NCBI GenBank assembly: GCA_964244895.1
Contig: CAXTKV010000046.1
Location: 1-29,126 of the forward strand
Direction of reading: 5' to 3'
Source of the DNA: an uncultured Deinococcales bacterium
GTDB lineage: Bacteria; Deinococcota; Deinococci; Deinococcales; JAAFIG01
Length of the DNA stretch: 29,126 nucleotides
The notes below the pieces were generated by a model. That model was not told where the DNA came from, did not search any database, and saw nothing but the letters and a program-made list of their open reading frames with translations. Below, in pieces: positions 26,489 to 29,126 of this stretch (position 1 is the first letter of the stretch; each line of letters begins with the position of its first letter). Both the position numbers and the translations under genes were made by a program.

Positions 26489-26818
26489 ATGTTGGATCAA
26501 GATGATGCCGTCGCCGCCGCGCCCGACCACCACAGGGTCTTGCTCGAAGATGACCGGGTTCGGGTGCTGGAAACCCTGCTCTTGCCCGGTCACGAAACTG
26601 CCGTTCACACGCACGTCTGGTCGGGGTTCTTGTACATCGTGTCCTGGAGCAATTTCGTGCGCTACGACGAACACCGGAACGTGATTCTGGATTCGGCCAG
26701 CATCAAATCGACGCCCGTTCCCGGCACGGCCATTTTGGCGGCGCCGCTCCCGCCGCATTCGTTGCGGAATGTCGGAAATCAGAACATTCACGTGATTCTG
26801 ACCGAATTCAAGCGTTGA
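26489..26818 (+). CDS. Cupin-fold protein
   Basis: 'HHRVLLEDDRVRVLE...PG.ET.VHTH...PHSLRNVG...EFK'; RBS AAGGAG. Confidence 0.85.
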   Translation: MLDQDDAVAAAPDHHRVLLEDDRVRVLETLLLPGHETAVHTHVWSGFLYIVSWSNFVRYDEHRNVILDSASIKSTPVPGTAILAAPLPPHSLRNVGNQNIHVILTEFKR

Positions 26819-26860
26819 CCCGAGCGAATTTCGATGCTCGAGCCTCGGGTATCGCGGGGC

Positions 26861-27211
26861 TCAATCCATCCGGCCTCGGGCGCCGATCAACCCGCCGATC
26901 AGCGAGCCCACGATGTCCGCGATCCAGTCGTCGAAGCCGGAATTGCGTCCGGGGCTGAAGACCTGGTGCGCCTCGTCGATCGCGCCGTAGAGCGCGGCCA
27001 GCAGGAATCCGCGCCGAGCGCTACCCGTGGCCGCACCGATCAGCGCCCCGAGCAGCGCGTAGGCTGCGATGTGCGCCAGTTTGTCCCACGGTGACGCGAT
27101 CTGCACGCTCGAGCCGGGCCTGGCCGACGACCACCAGATCGCGCCCATCCAGACGAGGGCGGCCAGCCACCAGAACGCGGGCGCGCCGCTCGAGCCCCGA
27201 TTCCGCGTCAA
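26861..27211 (-). CDS. VanZ family protein
   Basis: 'DKLAHIAAYALLG', 'YGAIDEAHQ.F.PGR...DDWIAD..G'; TTG start overlaps upstream stop (TTGA). Confidence 0.88.
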   Translation of the reverse strand: MTRNRGSSGAPAFWWLAALVWMGAIWWSSARPGSSVQIASPWDKLAHIAAYALLGALIGAATGSARRGFLLAALYGAIDEAHQVFSPGRNSGFDDWIADIVGSLIGGLIGARGRMD

Positions 27212-27645
27212 TGCGGGGCTCCGTTGAGCAGGTTTTTGGGGTGTTCGCACAGTTCGATCAGCGCGCCCGCGCCCCAGCTCGGGTGCAGGAAAGCCACGCG
27301 GGTTCCGGCGCGTCCGGGGCGGGGTTCAGGGTTCAGGAAGCGCGCGCCGGACGCGCTCAGACGCGCAATCTCTGCCTCGAGATCGCGAACCCGAAAGGCG
27401 GCGTGGTGCAAACCCGGCCCGCGCTTCTGGATGAAGACCGCAATCGGCGAATCCGGTGCGGTCGGCGCGAGCAGTTCGATCAGCGTTTCCCCGGCGCGGA
27501 AGGCGCGCACCGTCACGTGCTGGCTTTCGACCGTCTCGTCCGGGCCTTCTGGTGGCAAGCCCAACGCCACGTAGGGCGCGCTGCCCGTCTCGAGATCCGG
27601 CGTGGCGATGCCGATGTGATCCAGCGGAAATCCGAACAATTCCAT
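27208..27645 (-). CDS. mce: Methylmalonyl-CoA epimerase (VOC family)
   Basis: 'LDHIGIAT', 'IELLAP....SPIA.F...RGPGLHH.AF.V', 'FLHP....G.LIEL.E'; TACAAT 6 nt upstream of ATG 27645. Confidence 0.88.
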   Translation of the reverse strand: MELFGFPLDHIGIATPDLETGSAPYVALGLPPEGPDETVESQHVTVRAFRAGETLIELLAPTAPDSPIAVFIQKRGPGLHHAAFRVRDLEAEIARLSASGARFLNPEPRPGRAGTRVAFLHPSWGAGALIELCEHPKNLLNGAPH

Positions 27646-27692
27646 GCGCCGATTGTACACGTCCTAGACGCGTCCTCGAGCGACCCAGCGCC

Positions 27693-27741
27693 CGAGAACA
27701 CCGTCTGGCACAGTATTCTCAATATGCGCGCTGGACGGTAT
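27693..27741. repeat. Palindromic repeat doublet, 12-nt spacer
   Basis: cgaga-acaccgtctggcacag-tattctcaatat-gcgcgctggacggtat. Confidence 0.85.
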
Positions 27742-27746
27742 CGCGC

Positions 27747-29015
27747 TCAGGGTCGCTGTATCCAGGCCAGGTCTCTGGGGTTCAACCCGCCGTTGACGAA
27801 GGCGTTGGCGGTCGGCGTCAGGTTGTCCAGCGAAATCAGGTCGTACTGCGTGAGCCCGCCACCCGCGCCGAGCGTCCAGGCGAAACCGTCGGGCGTGAAG
27901 GCCACCGTGCGCACCGTGACCGACAGGCTGGTGATGGCGCTGCCGCGCGCGAATTTCAGCCTGTCCGGCAGCACGAAAGCGAAAGTCGGCTGGTTGACGC
28001 CGTCGGAAACCTTGTTGTCGGTCAGCACGTTCTGGACGATTCCGATGGGTTGGTTGTTGACCCTGAATTCGTCCGCCGGGAGCGCGTTGGCGGTCGCGGG
28101 GAGCTGGTAGACGCGCCCGGAAAAATCGTCGCTGAAGGAGATGAACAGGTTGCCCGCGTTCAGCAAGAGCTTCGAGAATTTCGGCGTCGGGATGCTCGAG
28201 AGCTGGATCGGGGGCAGCGCCTGAGCCTGCGCCTCCTGATCGAGCGTCGGCGGTGTGTTGGCGGTGTTGAGCGCGTAGCGCGTCAGCACCTCGTTGCCCG
28301 CGTTCGGTGAGAGCACGAACAGCGTGTTCTCCGAGAGCGCGATGGAAATCGGGCCGCTGTTGGGCGCGTACGGGAAGACGGTCGCGGGTTGCAACGGCGT
28401 GCCGGGCGCGGTCAGGCGCTGCCAGACGATCACGCGCGGCGGTCGGTTGGACGCGGCGCAACCGGAATCCGTCACGCCGGGGTCGTCCAGCGCCGCGACC
28501 AGGCTCCCGGCGGGCGAAATGGCAATTCTGGTCGGGCAGAAATCCGTGATCGCAGCGGGCGGAATCAGGTTCGTCGGCGCGGCCAGGCTGGATGGCCAGT
28601 CCTGAATCTTGCCGCTGGTCGGCAGGCTGACCACGAACCGCGAACCCTGCGGCGAATTCGTGTCGGTCAGCACTGCGTAGGGCGGACTCTCGAGCGCCTG
28701 GAACAGGCAGCGTCCGCCCTGGCTGGCATCCGCGTTGCCCGTCAGGCGGTCGGTGTCCAGCACCAGCAGGCCCGGCCCCGTCACGGGCGCGGTCGCGCAC
28801 GATGGCCCGGCGGTCTGCGGCGCTTGGGTCGGGTTGACTGGAATCAGCAACTCGATGCCGGACGCGCCCTGTTCCGTCGATCCGGTGCAAGCGGCGAGCG
28901 CCACGACAGCGCAAGAAAGAACCGTCCTGCACGCAAGTTTGGTATACCCAGAAAACACCGTGCCAGACGGTCTTTTCGTGATGCTCGAGAAAACCTTCTT
29001 CATGGTCGGCCTCAT
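27747..29015 (-). CDS. Hypothetical lipoprotein, probable beta-propeller; start 29015 or 29003
   Basis: Lipobox 'VALAAC'; beta-rich repeats ('IAISPAG', 'IALSEN', 'VAFTPDG'); ATGA overlap with upstream gene. Confidence 0.75.
   Translation of the reverse strand: MRPTMKKVFSSITKRPSGTVFSGYTKLACRTVLSCAVVALAACTGSTEQGASGIELLIPVNPTQAPQTAGPSCATAPVTGPGLLVLDTDRLTGNADASQGGRCLFQALESPPYAVLTDTNSPQGSRFVVSLPTSGKIQDWPSSLAAPTNLIPPAAITDFCPTRIAISPAGSLVAALDDPGVTDSGCAASNRPPRVIVWQRLTAPGTPLQPATVFPYAPNSGPISIALSENTLFVLSPNAGNEVLTRYALNTANTPPTLDQEAQAQALPPIQLSSIPTPKFSKLLLNAGNLFISFSDDFSGRVYQLPATANALPADEFRVNNQPIGIVQNVLTDNKVSDGVNQPTFAFVLPDRLKFARGSAITSLSVTVRTVAFTPDGFAWTLGAGGGLTQYDLISLDNLTPTANAFVNGGLNPRDLAWIQRP
28919..28973. 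repeat. Palindromic repeat doublet, 23-nt spacer, inside lipoprotein 5' coding region
   Basis: gaaccgtcctgcacgc (28919-28934) ... ccgtgccagacggtct (28958-28973). Confidence 0.8.
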
Positions 29016-29125
29016 TTGATCGGCGGCAAAAACGGCAAGAGCGGAAAGCGCAGGCCGTCCGTCGGGTTGGCCGTCAGGATGTCCTGCGTGCTGTTCGAGC
29101 CGTTGATCGGCAGCACGAACGAGAT
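29012..29125 (-). CDS. 3' end of an upstream gene entering from outside the window
   Basis: Open frame ISFVLPINGSNSTQDILTANPTDGLRFPLLPFLPPIK* with GC3-rich codons; stop overlaps next ATG. Confidence 0.65.
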   Translation of the reverse strand: MSFVLPINGSNSTQDILTANPTDGLRFPLLPFLPPIK

Positions 29126-29126
29126 G

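Noticed and set aside
2915..28973. Palindromic repeats as a CRISPR array
   Set aside because: Copies are dispersed and inverted, not tandem direct repeats with 30-40 nt unique spacers; no cas genes.
2915..28973. Repeats as integron attC sites or parS sites
   Set aside because: No RYYYAAC/GTTRRRY cores, they flank core genes in all orientations, and no integrase is present. They do not match the parS consensus TGTTTCACGTGAAACA.
1..29126. tRNA, rRNA, transposase, integrase or anti-phage defence genes
   Set aside because: None recognisable by eye; tRNAscan-SE, Infernal and DefenseFinder would be needed to exclude divergent cases.

Overview
High-GC chromosomal window from a Deinococcota bacterium (two-OB-fold SSB ending DIDDGLQEFPPEEDLPF, Thermus-type pyr leader, many leaderless-style promoters). 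Coding content is mostly housekeeping: DUF2207-lemA, recO, an OmpR-family two-component pair, pyrR-pyrB-pyrC-pyrD-GNAT, rpsF-ssb-rpsR-rplI, dnaB, fni and mce-vanZ. Accessory genes include an exported TPR/transglutaminase-like protein, Tat polysaccharide deacetylase and HGSNAT-like acyltransferase operon, an Ig/LamG lipoprotein, a TetR-epimerase pair, a flavin monooxygenase and two cupins. The most striking signals are non-coding. (1) A dispersed family of self-palindromic 16-19 bp units (consensus ACACCGTCCWGGACGC) forms 13 inverted doublets plus 4 singletons. Doublet spacers are exactly 12 bp or 22-23 bp (one helical turn apart), ends often abut CTCGAG, and one doublet lies in-frame in a lipoprotein signal peptide. 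(2) CTCGAG occurs about 120 times by manual count versus roughly 10 expected from estimated base composition, a HIP-like highly iterated palindrome. No CRISPR array, tRNA/rRNA, transposase or integrase was seen. All calls come from reading the sequence; no database searches were run.
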